A stretch of 64,000 bases of DNA from Anolis carolinensis (Eukaryota), in assembly GCF_035594765.1 (NCBI RefSeq), contig NC_085842.1, positions 221,537,747 to 221,601,746 on the forward strand. The letters are read 5' to 3'. The translations under genes were made by a program, and so were the position numbers. A model generated the notes under the pieces. It was given only the letters and a program-made list of their open reading frames with translations. It did not search any database and was not told the origin of the DNA. Below, piece after piece: positions 1-12,991 of this stretch (positions within the stretch are counted from its first letter, which is position 1; every line of letters begins with the position of its first letter).

Positions 1-643
1 CGAGTAGACTGAGATCAGTTTTCAAGTAAGTCTCTACAATTTTCAAGAGTAAAAGTGATACTGCACAGTGACAGGCATGCTTTATGTTCAGTCCGTGCAT
101 ATCAAAAACTAATTTCCCCCTTCAGATAATTCTTTCAACTATTCCAGAGAACTTCCTGTGATCCTGAAATATGCCTGGAGAATGCGCTTCATCTTGCTCT
201 TTATTATCTTGTTCCTTGATCCTGTACTTACCCTTGAGGGCTGCTCTATTAATGCCATGCTCTGTAATGGCGGAGCACTATATAATTTTCTTCTCATTAT
301 ATCATCCAGTGGCCTATATAAAAAAGAAGACCTGGGATTGCTAACTAATGCTTAATGATGAGAAGTCAGTAAAGAACTCAACCCAAAAGGAAGCTAAGAT
401 AACAGACTTGCCTATTGTCTGGATTAAATGTTAGAGTGAAAAAAAGGAGATGTTTGATATGGCTGTCATTGAGAGTACATAGTTTTGCCATCAGGTCTGG
501 GAAATCTGGTATTAAAAATGCAATCTAAGTGCATGTAGAGTTAGTAGCTGTGTGTTATCTTTTCATGGTAGCAAATGTATTATGAGATATAAAATGAGGT
601 TTCAAAAGCCATGGTAGTCAACTAAACTTCATAGAGGTCAAGT

Positions 644-967
644 AGGTAAAAGGTAAAGGTTTCTCCTGACGTTAAGTCTAGTTGTGTCGACTCTGGAGGT
701 TGGTGATCATCTCCATTTCTAAGCCGAAGAGCCAGCATTGTCCAAAGACACCTCCAAGGTCATGTGGCCAGCATGACTGCATGGAGCGCTGTTATTTTCC
801 CACCGGAACGGTGCCTATTGATCTACTCACATTTGCATGTTTTCGAACTCCTAGGTTGGCAGAAGCTGGGCCTAACAGCGGGAGCTCACCCTGCTCCCTG
901 GATTCGAACCGCCAACCTTTCAGTCAGCAAGTTCAGCAGTTTAACCCGCTGGGCCACCAGGGGGCCC
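644..967 (-). mobile_element. Sauria SINE, full length
   Basis: tRNA-derived head (ggtggcccagcgggttaa...ggttcgaatcc on minus strand) and (ACCTTT)n tail. Confidence 0.9.
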
Positions 968-3350
968 AATAGAGGTCAAATAATGACTAGCCAAATAGAA
1001 GAAAGATGTCAAGAGAGAAAAAGCAAGTTGTTAAGTCCTCGCCTCCTTCTTGTCCTTTGGAGTGTTTACTGAACCTGGGGCCCAATCCACTCAGTCTTCC
1101 CTCAATTACATTTGAGGATTTTCCAAAAGTGAACAAAGCCACTATGCCACAAGATGGCAGTTTATTAAATGTACATGGATGGTAAGTCGAGAAATAAAGG
1201 CATAGCAAATTCTCACATATCCTTTTAGCCAATGGAAGCAGTGACACCTCAAATGGTATCTGGTTCCCAAGACATACAACACCTACTGTGATCCACATGT
1301 ATTCAAGTTTCCTTGGAGTGATAGCTGGCTTTATCTTCTCTCTAAGGAATGAAACAGGATTTACTGTGGGTGTAGATTTATATAGCCAGCTGTCACCTCT
1401 ATTTTACAATTTGTCTTTAAGCCAGTAAGAGCATTCCTTATCAAATGTATGATAGCACAACCTGGCAACTGCAGGAAAATTTAACCTGAGAAGCTGCTTT
1501 CACTTAGGACAGTTTATCTTATAAATCCCACTGAAGGAACTGATGGCATTCTGTTACTATAGTAAGCAATGTAAGTCTCTTTGTAATTCAGTGTAATAAA
1601 AGACCCATTGTGAGAGTTTGTCAGCTCTTCACAGTTTTCTGGTATCAGCCCAACTGTATCCTGAAAGTCAGCTTAACTTTTGAAGGAGTTGAGTCTTTGA
1701 AGACAAAATGGGCTGATAGTGGCCCAGCTTTTTAGTCCCTTGTGCCACTTACCAAAAACCTCACCTTTGGAGAGGAGATGAGAGGGAGAAGGTAGTAAAG
1801 ATTACCACTAAAGGTAAGAAAGATGGTGGGGCAATTTGGGCAAATCCAAGTGCCAGTTCAATTGCAGGTCATGCTCTCTACTGCCACGCCTCTGAATGTT
1901 AGTGGCAAACATTCAGTAAATGTCAAAATGCAATACCACACCACCAGGTTGTTGGCAAAATTGGGATATATTTCTAAGTGGGTTTTTTTTAAAAAACTGA
2001 GAAGCCCATCTGAAAAAAGTGGAAACCCTAAAACAACAACATAAAATAAGAACTCTAAATTTTGTGACATCACCCAACTATGTCTACATATGTCTAAATA
2101 TATTCCTAAGGGGTTTCCTTAGTTAAAGTTGCTTTTCTGTAAACAAATCTATGAAAAATATTGCTGCCAGAATAGGCATCAGTCTGGACAAACTTTCCAG
2201 ATCATTGCATCTTCTTTTTGCCGTTGCTCTGCAAAGTTGTTCTCCTTTTTGGTGTTTTGAATATACTCGAGGCCTAAATCCTTTACAGATGAGCAAAATG
2301 GCTTTTTATTTTGGTATTCAGCATTCTCTAAGATTCCGTGGGGTTTTTGTTGGCACTGGAATGCTGAAAGAAACCCAAATATTAGTATCAAGAAATATGG
2401 AAAGTAAAAAAAAATAGTGTCAGTGCTAGATGTGGACAGCTCACTAGTGTCTGGAATTAACTCAAGGTTTTATTCCTTAATGTGAATGAACTGTCTAAGT
2501 TACTGAACTTATAGGTATATGATTCAGCAGCTTTGATGATGATTTGTAGCCCACATTTCTCCCAGGACGAGACCCGAAAACACCTCAAAAACTGTAACAA
2601 GTATATAATTTAAAACCCTACAACATATAAATATTAAAATAGGATTAAATATTCCAAGTATTAAAACGAGTAAATAGCTCCTCTAAAAACTAGAGTGGAT
2701 TCCCTTGCCTACTGCCATGCATTCCACCAACCACCACTGGAGTAACATAATTTAATTTGAAAGTGTATTACAAATGTATTAACTTGAAAATGTGTGTTAT
2801 AAATATTGTTCAGAAGTATTTTAGTATTACATGGCATATTCCAAAGGTTATGCAAATAGAATCAAGTTCCTTTTTCAGTGTATTCTAAGGATATGCCCTC
2901 TAGGAAACATGCAACTCATGGGAGAATTTTCCACAGTTCCCAGAGATCATTATGCATTTTCCCTAATAAAACCAGAAACTATATCTTCAGAAGCATCCAT
3001 TGTGCTCATTGTGCAGGAAAAACAAAATAGGGACTCACGTATTTTTTACTTAAATCTCTTTCACAAAATGAGAAGTGACTTTCAAGTAGAGATGTTAATA
3101 TTAAACTATGATCCTGTATCCTTATTTAATGTTAATATCAACTCTTATTTTAGCTGACAGATTACAAAAAATCATTTCATTTTTTCCTCTTTTTCCTTAG
3201 ATCAACAGAATCAATCTAGTAACTAAGCATGCTCAGCCATCATTGGTCTCCTTGGTGTCTGAGAGAATTGAAGGATCCTCCCTTTACATATTTTGTACTG
3301 TTGTAGATTTTGCTGTGATTCTCCCTCCTGTATGCTTTAATTGCTTCTCA

Positions 3351-3490
3351 GAGCCCTTCCACACAGCCATATAACCCAGAATATCATGGCAGATAATCCA
3401 CAATATCTGTTTTGAACTGTTCACACTGCCATATAAACCAGTTCAAAGCAGATAATGTGGAATTTTATACAGCTGTGTGAAAGGGGCCTC
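3351..3490. mobile_element. Short MITE (Harbinger-like TIRs)
   Basis: Terminal inverted repeats gagcccttccacacagc ... gctgtgtgaaaggggcc. Confidence 0.7.
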
Positions 3491-4298
3491 AGTGATCCCT
3501 TTTTTTACTATTATTCTGTCAAAATGCACCAATTAATATACAATTGGAGGAAGCAATTAGTTGCAGTACATCTTCACAATTAGAGATATGCTATAATCTG
3601 GAAGTCCTACACCTTTAGACTCGGAGAATCCTGTCAAAGTATGTACACAGCCAAAAGTTAGAAGCCAGAGTTTGATCTTTGAATGATGATATAATTGTAT
3701 TTGACTCTTGAATGAAGTCTGGGTGAATTGTTTGCTGACATTTAAGAAAATAAGCAATTCCCTTGGTGTCCTCTGTTCTATGTCCTGTAGGGTTAAGAAC
3801 AGGTTCAACTGCACTTTAATAGCCAAGGGACATCTAAAGTGCGGTCATTGTGAGGTTTATACATACTAAAGTTCCTCGGTAAAAAGGTTTTTCTTTTCTT
3901 TCCTATGGTCACCCTCTTAACCTGGATTCTCAACTATCCTGAGTAAGGGAATGATAGTGGTTTTTTTTATATATATAGTAGTAACATTCTTACCTGAAAG
4001 ATTGTAATTGCAGTATTTGAGAGTTCCTGGAGCTATCTCCCCAAATGCTCAGATAGATGTGACAGTCAGAAGTGCTTACTTTTTTTCAGTTTCTGCTGAT
4101 GCACAGCTGCACCCTTTCCTAGAAGATCCAAAGCATTGATAATCTCAAAGTTAGATTTCTGCAATACACTATACATTGAGGCTACCCCTGTACCAAGTTT
4201 GGAAACTCCAGCTATACAGTAAATGATTTTATTGATCATCCAATTGGCCTTATCAAAATAGACAATATAAAAACAACATACAGTATTATACAACATTC

Positions 4299-4555
4299 AG
4301 CCCCCGGTGGTGCAATGGGTTAAACCCTTGTGCCAGCAGGACTGCCGACTGATAGGTCAGCGGTCCAAATCCTGGGAGAGTGGGTGAGTTCCCTCTGTCA
4401 GCTCCAGCGCCCCATGCAGGGACATGAGAAAAGCTTCCCACAAAGATGGTAAAACACCAAACATCTGGGTGTCCCTGAGGCAACGTCCTTGCAGATGGCC
4501 AAGTCTCTCACACCAGAAGCGACTTGCAGTTTCTCAAGTCACTCCTGAAAAAAAA
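4299..4555 (+). mobile_element. tRNA-derived SINE (Anolis SINE2-type)
   Basis: tRNA-like head, body ...gagaaaagcttcccacaaagatgg..., poly-A tail; several homologous copies in the window. Confidence 0.85.
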
Positions 4556-4766
4556 GTATACATCAGGTCCAAGTAAAATTATAAATATACAAGCACAGAT
4601 AAAAAAAAAAAGTGGGGATGGCCAATTTATAACCAAATGAACCTTAATCTTAAGTTTATACTTCAGATGTCTTTGTGTTTTAAATCTGTTTATTTGAAAT
4701 GGTTTTATGTGTTTTAATTATATATTGTATTTTAATTCTGTTACAGAATGGGAAGGGGTGGGTAAG

Positions 4767-4767
4767 A

Positions 4768-4823
<56 letters not shown>
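4767..4823. repeat. (ATT)n microsatellite
   Basis: Direct observation. Confidence 0.95.
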
Positions 4824-4824
<1 letters not shown>

Positions 4825-4994
4825 TGAAACACAACAAGATGAGTCCACAGCAGACACTCTGATGGTTGTTGTATTGGATCACACGTCGGACACGTGAGGT
4901 CAGGAGTATTGTGCTCCAAAACTCTGTCTGTCTGAATTCGGAAGTACCAGAGTAACTTGACATGTTCATTCTCTGTAACCTTTTCAGACTTGTG
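4824..4994 (-). mobile_element. R4/Dong-clade non-LTR retrotransposon fragment with internal deletion
   Basis: Encodes KLLWYFRIQTDRVLEHNTPDLT (start of the restriction-like endonuclease) joined directly to a 3'UTR; flanked by (TAA)n on both sides. Confidence 0.75.
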
Positions 4995-5035
<41 letters not shown>

Positions 5036-5036
<1 letters not shown>

Positions 5037-5447
5037 GACACAAAGACATAGTATGACACTCAAACGAGATATATGTGCTGGATTTCGTATCACAAAATCA
5101 CAAGTCGAACACTTCCCAAGTGTTTAGGACTGTGTGATGTATTTTCGGATGAAATGTGCAGATTGCAGTAAGGTGGCCTTTTGCAGTTGACAGATCGTAA
5201 TTTTGTCAATGTTTATTGTTTCCAAATGCTGGCTGAGATCTTCTGGCATGGCACCCAGTGTGTCGATTACCACTGGGACCACCTGTACTGGTTTATGCCA
5301 GAGCCTTTGCAGTTTGATTTTGAGGTCCTGATAACTGCTGAGTTTTTTCTGTTGTTTTTCGTCAACCCGACTGTCACCTGGTATGGTGACATCAATAATC
5401 CAAACTTTTTTTTCTTTTCCACAGCCATGAGGTCTGGTGTGTTGTGT
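5036..5447 (-). mobile_element. R4/Dong-clade non-LTR retrotransposon 3' end
   Basis: Frameshifted RLE domain HNTPDL..IIDVTIPGD..QRLWHKPVQVVPVV..LQKATLL..IRKYITQS*, followed by 3'UTR and (TAA)n. Confidence 0.8.
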
Positions 5448-5566
5448 AGTAAAGACATGCTAGATTTAGATTTCAACCTACCTACTAAATATATAAACAA
5501 TCCTGAAAGCTTTTAAGCTCACTTCAGGCCTCTGCTTTAGAGACACAGCTTTAGGTGTGCTGTTTT

Positions 5567-6152
5567 CATAGAATCATAGAATCATAGAATCATAGAATAG
5601 TAGAGTTGGAAGAGACCTCAAGGGCCATCTAATCCAACCCCCCGCTAAGAAGCAGGAAATTGCATTCAAAGCACCCCCGACAGATGGCCATCCAGCCTCT
5701 GCTTAAAAGCCTCCAAAGAAGGAGCCTCCACCACGGCCCGGGGGAGAGAGTTCCACTGCCGAACAGCCCTCACAGTGAGGAAGTTCTTCCTGATGTTCAG
5801 GTGGAATCTCCTTTCCTGTAGTTTGAAGCCATTGTTCCGTGTCCTAGTCTGCAGGGCAGCAGAAAATAAGCTTGCTCCCTCCTCCCTATGACTTCCCCTC
5901 ACATATTTGTACATGGCTATCATGTCTCCTCTCAGCCTTCTCTTCTGCAGGCTAAACATGCCCAGCTCTTTAAGCCTCTCCTCATAGGGCTTGTTCTCCA
6001 GACCCTTAATCATTTTAGTTGCCCTCCTCTGGACGCTTTCCAGCTTGTCAGCATCTCCCTTCATCTGCGGTGCCCAAAACTGGACACAGTATTCCAGGTG
6101 TGGTCTGACCAAGGCAGAATAGAGGGGGAGCATGACTTCCCTGGATCTAGAC
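5567..6152 (-). mobile_element. CR1 LINE, 5'-truncated
   Basis: ORF2 C-terminus [19 protein letters not shown]...LDGHL, (ATTCTATG)n tail, gttttc on both flanks (probable TSD). Confidence 0.95.
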
Positions 6153-7121
6153 GTTTTCTATTGTTTCAATTTATAGGACTGTTGTAGAAGAAACATTTTG
6201 TTTGTCTGGGAACTAGCCTAGGTAATACAGATTTTAGTCTTCCAGACTGTTGCATCTGGAGCTTGATATCTTTTGCTTTATCCCTAGTGCATGCTGCAGA
6301 TGTTAAACATAATAATAATAATATAATAAAAATAATAAAAGTTTATTTCTAACTTGCCCTATCCTTCAAAAGGGACTCAGAACTGCTTCCAGACATAAAA
6401 CATAAAAACTGGCAAACATTCAATGCCATTTCAACAACATAATACATCTATACAAATAGCTTAAAACAGAATTCAGCAATGGCTGATAATCTGGCAGTCA
6501 ACATCATGGAACATACAGTCAAGTAATTAAGTTGTACGTAGTATAAAATATAAAAAATATAACTCTTCAATAAATTACAATAAAATTGTTATTGTCAACA
6601 AGTCCCATTGCAGCCAAATCCCATTTCAGATTTATCCTATACCCTGTTAGGCATTCATATCAACTGGTAAAGGACAGGAAGGATGGATAGCCATCACAGA
6701 CCATTAGGACATCTCAAAACCATTTGACCATTTCAGTTCTTGGCAAAGCCATACTTAAAAAAAACTGATTAACTGATGACTTTTGTTTGGCAACTTGTTT
6801 TATTCTGCATGAAACATTAATTAAATGTTTTATTTAATGTAATTTTAGGGAGGTTTGATTTCCTGTATTGCACTCTGTTTTACTTTTGATATGCTGGTCT
6901 TTCCCCATCCTTCATTACTGTATTAAAATAAGCTGCCTCGGGAATGTTCTTTGTATGGTAGAGGTAAAGGATAAAGATTCCTAACTTATATTATAAATAT
7001 AAAAGAAAGGGTAAACAGGTCTGCAGGCTGCCCATGGCAACTTAGAACATAACCTAGTTCTCTCTTACATATCACTCTTCAGCCAACATGGTTGCACATT
7101 CATAAAATGTGCTTTCTCTAA

Positions 7122-7732
7122 GGTGCATCTACACTATACAATGAATGCAGTTCGAGACCATTTTAACTCCCAAAGCTCAATGCTATGGAATCATGAGATT
7201 TAGGACCTCTTCACATGACCCATAGGGGCTATGCCGTGCTGGCAGTCGCTGGTGAAAGGGAAGGCACGCAGGGTGCCTTGTGGTGTCCTACATGCCTCCT
7301 TTTCTTCCCCTATCACATGGTGGGGAGAAAGGGTGGCAATGCATAGCAACAGGCATTGCCTCACCACCTTTTCCCCATCATATGGAGAAAAGGGGAGGAA
7401 ACTGCAGGCAGCTCTTTCTGAGCTACCCAAAAAACACTTTCCTTCCCATGGTAGAGGAGAAAGTGCCTTCTGGTGCTTCCCCTTCACTTCAAGAGGAATG
7501 TGGGTAGGACCTGCCGAATGTCATCTGATGGCCAAGCCCTGACTAAAAGCATCAAAATGGGACTATTTCGCCCCGTGTTAAGAGGACCTAAGCTACAGTT
7601 TGGTGAGCTGCACGTTTTGGCAAAGAAGGCTATACACCTGCTTAAAAATACAGTTGCAATGATTCCATTACATTGAACCATGGTAGTTTAAGTGGCCTCA
7701 GACTTGCATTCATTCTACAGTGTAGATGCACC
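7122..7732. mobile_element. MITE (TIR ggtgcatctacact) interrupted by a second TIR element at about 7202-7588
   Basis: Outer TIRs ggtgcatctacact/agtgtagatgcacc; inner imperfect TIRs aggacctcttcacatg/cgtgttaagaggacct. Confidence 0.65.
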
Positions 7733-7767
7733 CCGGGATATGTCACACTGAATTCACTGTGCATTTT

Positions 7768-8087
7768 GGTTTTCCTCTGTCATGAAGTCTAGTCGTGTCC
7801 AACTCCGGAGCCTGGTGCTCGTCTCCATTTCTAAGCCAAAGAGCCGGCACTGTCCGTAGACACCTCTAAGGTTATGTGGCTGGCATGACTGCATGGAGTG
7901 CTGTTACCTTTCCACCGGAGTGATACCTATTGATCTACTCACATTTGCATGTTTTCGAACTGCTATGTTGGTAGAAACTGGGACTAACAGCGGGAGCTCA
8001 CCCCACTCCCCAGATTTGAACTGCCGAACTTTTGGTCAGCTACTTCAACAGCTCAGCAGTTTAACCCGCTGCGCCACCGGAGGCTCC
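7768..8087 (-). mobile_element. Sauria SINE
   Basis: Homologous to 644-967. Confidence 0.88.
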
Positions 8088-9364
8088 ACAGTGTGCATAC
8101 TTCTCAGTAAATATATATATAGGCTGCATTATCAGATAATAAGAACAGTTCTGGTGACTGTATTCAGAGGGTCCCATTTATAGCTGCCTTCTTTCAGGAT
8201 GTTTTGTTTAAGTGCGCATTTCTGGGAAACGGTGAAGCAAGAAAAGACTTTCAGTCATTAAACATGATCAACAATGGACATTTTATCTTCCATGGCTATT
8301 TGGAGATCACATCTGTGCTCTGTGGTGAGTCAGAAAGCAGTTTGGCTACCAATTCTCTTTTGCTGCACCGTTAAGTTCTGTGACTTAGTGAAGATGTGCC
8401 ATCCTGAGGCATAACACTAAAACAACTGGGCAGTAGAATAGTGATTTGCTGAGACTGCTTTCTCTTCCTCTCCCTTCCCTTGATTTTTCTCTCACATAAT
8501 CTGTACTAGTTCTAGTAGCTGGTAATGTGGAGCATCAGAGTGTATTCATGACATCAGTTCAAAAGACACTATGCCAAGGCTATTATTTCACTTGGCAAAA
8601 CACTTCAGGCAAAGCCTTGTTCGAAACAACAGACTGCTGCCATTCCCAGGAGCAAAAATATTTATATGTGAGATTTACAGCAATGCTAATTAACCACCAG
8701 CTTGAATCCCTCAGTGCTGGGGATTTTCATGTTTATCAGTCAGGATTTATCAAGTGCTGGTTGTCTTCCTGTCTTGAGGCATGGTTTATATTAACATCTC
8801 CCTCCTTCCATGTGTGATTTCAGGTTAAAAGCTTAAATCAAAAAGGCAGAAATACCTTCTCATTGCCTTCAGCACCCCTCCAGTCCAATTCAGGTTGAAA
8901 AGAGAAGTCACATGCCAAAATAATTAGATTTTTTTATTTCTAAAAACATTGACTCAGAACGGGGAACATGTTGGAAAAATCAGATGGGAAATAATTGTAT
9001 TCTAGATTGTAAAGTATATTTTAAAGACACAATAAAAAAGAGTACTGTCTAAAATATTAGTCATTTTTCATACCCATCCCATGCTTCATGGGTGCATTTA
9101 TACAGAAGAAGTAGGAGAAACTATTGAAAAGGAACTTGTTGGAAGTATCAGATGGGAAGGAATTCCTAAATTACACAACATGGCTTCACAATGAGACTGA
9201 AAGACATCTGTTTAGAACAGTTTAACATTCTCAGCACTAGAAAGCATATACTGTATGTGAGTGTGTGTGCATGTGTGCAGAGAGCCTTACAACATCTTAC
9301 TGGAAGATTTATTGTGGTATGTGTCTTCAAGACGACAGTTCACACAAAATGTTCATCATCTGAT

Positions 9365-9693
9365 AGGTAAAGGTAAAGGTTTTCCCCTGACGTTAAGTCC
9401 AGTCGTGACCGACTCTGAGGGTTGGTGCTCATCTCCATTTCTAAGCCAAAGAGCAGGCGTTGTCCGTAGACATCTCCAAGGTCATGTGGCCGGCATGACT
9501 GCATGGAGCGCCGTTACCTTCCCGCCGGAGCGGTACCTATTGATCTACTCACATTTGCATGTTTTCCAACTGCTAGGTTTGCAGGAGCTGGGGCTAACAA
9601 CAGGCGCTCATTCTGCTTCCAGGATTTGAACCTGGCACCTTTCAGTCCGCAAGTTCAGCAGCTCAGTGCTTTAACACACTGTGCCACCAGGGG
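9365..9693 (-). mobile_element. Sauria SINE
   Basis: Homologous to 644-967, with (ACCTTT)n tail. Confidence 0.9.
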
Positions 9694-10185
9694 TATGTGT
9701 AAACAGAGGATCTGCTGAACTAAATGGAATATATTCGGAGGGGGGTATGCATTGAATTGCACTGCTAAAATTTGCAATATTCCTGTTAAGTTATAATTGG
9801 CGAAAATAACAAAAAGGGCACAGACCATTAAATGCTATTTATTTATTTATTACAGCATTTGTATCCCGCCCTTCTCACCCAAGAGGGGACTCAGGGTGGC
9901 TTACAATAAAAGCACATGTATAAAAATAATACAATACATTGCAATTCAATTAAAATTAATTACATTAGACATTCATAAAATACACTTATAAATATGCAGA
10001 TTGGTGCGTTTAGAGTCTAAAAAACTGGGACTGTCATTAAGTTCCAACTTATTGCACATAAGTTATCAGATAATGTAAAATTCTCATTGTTCATACTTGA
10101 GAATTGTTCTACAGTCAGATCCTATCAATGATTGATGAAATATCAAATGTTAATATCTACTGTAGCTCAGATATCAGATTGACGC

Positions 10186-10549
10186 GACCTCATCAGATGA
10201 CTCTTCGACAGCGTCATAGGATGTTTTCATCCCAGTCAAGCCATGAAGCCCCACATCACCCATCAGATGACATTGGCTGGGCTCTTTAACTCCACTGGGG
10301 TGCAAGCTTCCTATGATGTTGTGCTCAGAAAATAGGAGGCTTCCCGTGTTCTGTTTAAAACAATGGGGCCTGTGTGTGTGTGTGTGTGGGGGGGGGGGGG
10401 GGACTGTGTGGTGATGCTTCCCCCCTTTTGATCAGAAAGTTCAGCTGCAGCCAATGCAGGGTGCAAAGCACCCTAATTGCCCCCGCCCTGCATATTTGCC
10501 ATGGAAGCTGGCAAATCACCCGGCTGCCCCTCATCCATGTGATGAGGTC
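10186..10549. mobile_element. Degenerate MITE with TIR gacctcatca
   Basis: gacctcatcagatg ... catgtgatgaggtc; internal (TG)n and poly-G tract. Confidence 0.5.
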
Positions 10550-11148
10550 AGATTTTGCGGATACTAGTGAATACTGGCCATCTTGAGAAACCTTAGTAGC
10601 AATCATGCATCTATACTGCCTTACTTCTGCTCAAGATAACTAAAAAGACATCAATGAGTATTTGGATACAGTGTTGTTTCAGTCATCTCTATCTGCAAAA
10701 GGCTCTGAAGCCTTGATCGCAAGCATGTCTTTATTGTTGTATCGTGTAAGCCATTTGTAAAACAGCTTTGACACTGCAAATGGAAGAGCTTCTTTCTAGT
10801 TCAATTTATAGCAATGAGTTTGTTTTACTTGACATTTTGAATAGAGAGCATCAGAGTATATTTGGTGTTTTCATTTCACTGTGTGTATGACATTTTGTGC
10901 CAGGTTGCAAGCCCGTGACAATAAAACTACTAGGCTTCAGTAGCTCTCAAATATTGTTTTTCTTGTCAGTGCTTCTGCTCACATCCCATGTTAGAAAAGT
11001 TAATGTTGGGTTTCTGTGCAGCATTAAGCAGTGAGATGTTGGAGCCTATTTTGCTGAACATTGAGGTGAGGATTTTTATTTCTTTGGGGACATTACAGCA
11101 TGCTTGCTGCTATCCCATAGTGTTCCCACAACATGGGATAGCAGCACT

Positions 11149-12033
11149 GAATCATAGAATCATAGAATCATCGAGTCGTAAGAGACCTTGTGGGCCTTCC
11201 AGTCCAATCCCCTGCCAAGAAGCAGGAAAATCGCATTCAAAGCACCCTCGACAGATGTCCATCCAGCCTCTGCTTAAAAGCCTCCAAAGAAGGAGCCTCC
11301 ATCACTCCGGGCAGAGACTTCCACTGCCAAACAGCTCTCACAGTGAGGAAGTTCTTCCCAATGTTCAGGTGGAATCTCCTTTCCTGTAATTTGAAGCCAT
11401 TGTTCTGTGTCTTAGTCTCCAGGGCAGCAGAAAACAAACTTGCCCCCTCCTCCCTATGACTTCCCCTCACATATTTATACATGTCCATCATGTCTCCTCT
11501 CAGCCTTCTCTTCTGCAAGTTAAACATGCCCAGCTTTTTAAATCACTCCTTATAGGGCTTGTTCTCCAGACCCTTGATCAGTTTAGTTGCCTTCCTCCAG
11601 ACACTTTCCAGCTTGTCAACATTTCCCTTAAACTGCGGTGCCTAGAATTGGACACAGTATTCCAAGTATGGTCTGACCAAGGCAGAATAGAGGGGTAGCA
11701 TGACTTCCCTGGATCTAGACACTATACACTAATCCCATTGGCTTTTTTAGCTATTGCATCACATTTTTGGGTCATGTTTAACTCCGAGATTTTTTTTCCA
11801 CATGTACTGCTGTCAAGCCAGGTGTCACCCATTCTGCATTTTTACATTTCATTTTTTTCTGTCTAAATTGAGTATCTTGCATTTGTCCCTGTTGAACTTC
11901 ATTTTGTTAGTTTTGGCCCATCTCTATAATCTGTTAAGATGATTTTGAATTCTGCTTCTGTCTTCTGGAGTATTGACTATCCTGCCCAATTTGATGTCTG
12001 CAAACTTGATGATTATGCTTTCTAACCCTTCAT
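11149..12033 (-). mobile_element. CR1 LINE, 5'-truncated
   Basis: ORF2 C-terminal peptide [12 protein letters not shown]...LDGHL and octamer tail. Confidence 0.93.
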
Positions 12034-12157
12034 CTGATTTTGAAAAAAATTGGCTTGTTGTGGACACAAGGATTGGTGAGTAAGCTTCAGTGGAGACACC
12101 ATTGAAGCTTACTCACTAATCCTTGTGTCCACAACAAACCATTTTTTTCAAGATCAG
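12034..12157. repeat. Near-perfect palindrome (about 59-bp arms, 5-nt loop)
   Basis: ...gtggacacaaggattggtgagtaagcttcagtgg agaca ccattgaagcttactcactaatccttgtgtccac... Confidence 0.85.
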
Positions 12158-12495
12158 GAACAGAATGTGGGACAAAAGGGCCACAGATAGCAAAACAAAG
12201 ACTACAGGAGTGTTAACCTTTCCCTATGCTATCCATATATATATGACTGGAGTTACACTTAAAATTTATCTGTCCTGGCTTACATATAAATTCAGTTTAA
12301 GAACAAACCTACAGAACCCATTTTGTCTGTAAGTTGTGCCTGTATCCATTTCAATCTGGTTTCAGACCTTCAATTAGCTCATATAAATGGAAACATTTCC
12401 AACAAATGTTGGCATAATTGCAGGGGAATACTGCAATACAATACTATAGATCTTGAATCCTATTATTGAGGAAAACGTAGTATAACAATGGATCA

Positions 12496-12991
12496 GGCTG
12501 TATCTACACTGCCATATAATCCAGATTATGAAGTCAGATAGGTAAAGGTAAGGGTTTCCCCCTGACATTAAGTTTAGTCATGTCCGACTCTGGGGCTTGG
12601 TGCTAATCTCCATTTCTAAGCCAAAGAGCCAGTGTTGTCCGTAGACACTTCCAAGGTCGTGTGGCCAGCATGACTGCATGAAGTGTTGCTACCTTCCCGC
12701 CGGGGTGCTACCTATTGATCTACTCACATTTGCATGTTTTCAAATTGCTAGTTTGGCAGAAGTTGGGGGTAACATCGGGAGCTCACTCCCTTCCCCAGAT
12801 GCGAACCACTAACCTTTCAGTCAGCAAGTTAACCAGTTCAGCGGTTTAATCCACTGCACCACCAGGGGCTCCAACATGAAATCAGATAATCCAGATTATT
12901 TCCTTTGAATTATATTATATGAGTCTGCACTGCCATATAATCCAGTTCAAAGCAAATAATCTGGATTTTATATGGCTGTGTAGATGGGGCC
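12496..12991. mobile_element. MITE of the 3351-3490 family, interrupted by a SINE
   Basis: ggctgtatctacactgccatataatccag ... tatatggctgtgtagatggggcc. Confidence 0.7.
12541..12872 (-). mobile_element. Sauria SINE nested in MITE
   Basis: Full element with TSD atgaa(g/a)tcagata at 12528-12540 and 12876-12888. Confidence 0.9.

Noticed and set aside
5666-6133. 155-aa ORF as a gene
   Set aside because: C-terminus of CR1 ORF2 in a truncated insertion.
8198-8324. Plus-strand exon, or a GPCR-like WLFGDHIC motif in another frame
   Set aside because: Splice signals are plausible but the open peptide is unrecognised. The GPCR-like frame is bounded by stops with no transmembrane context.
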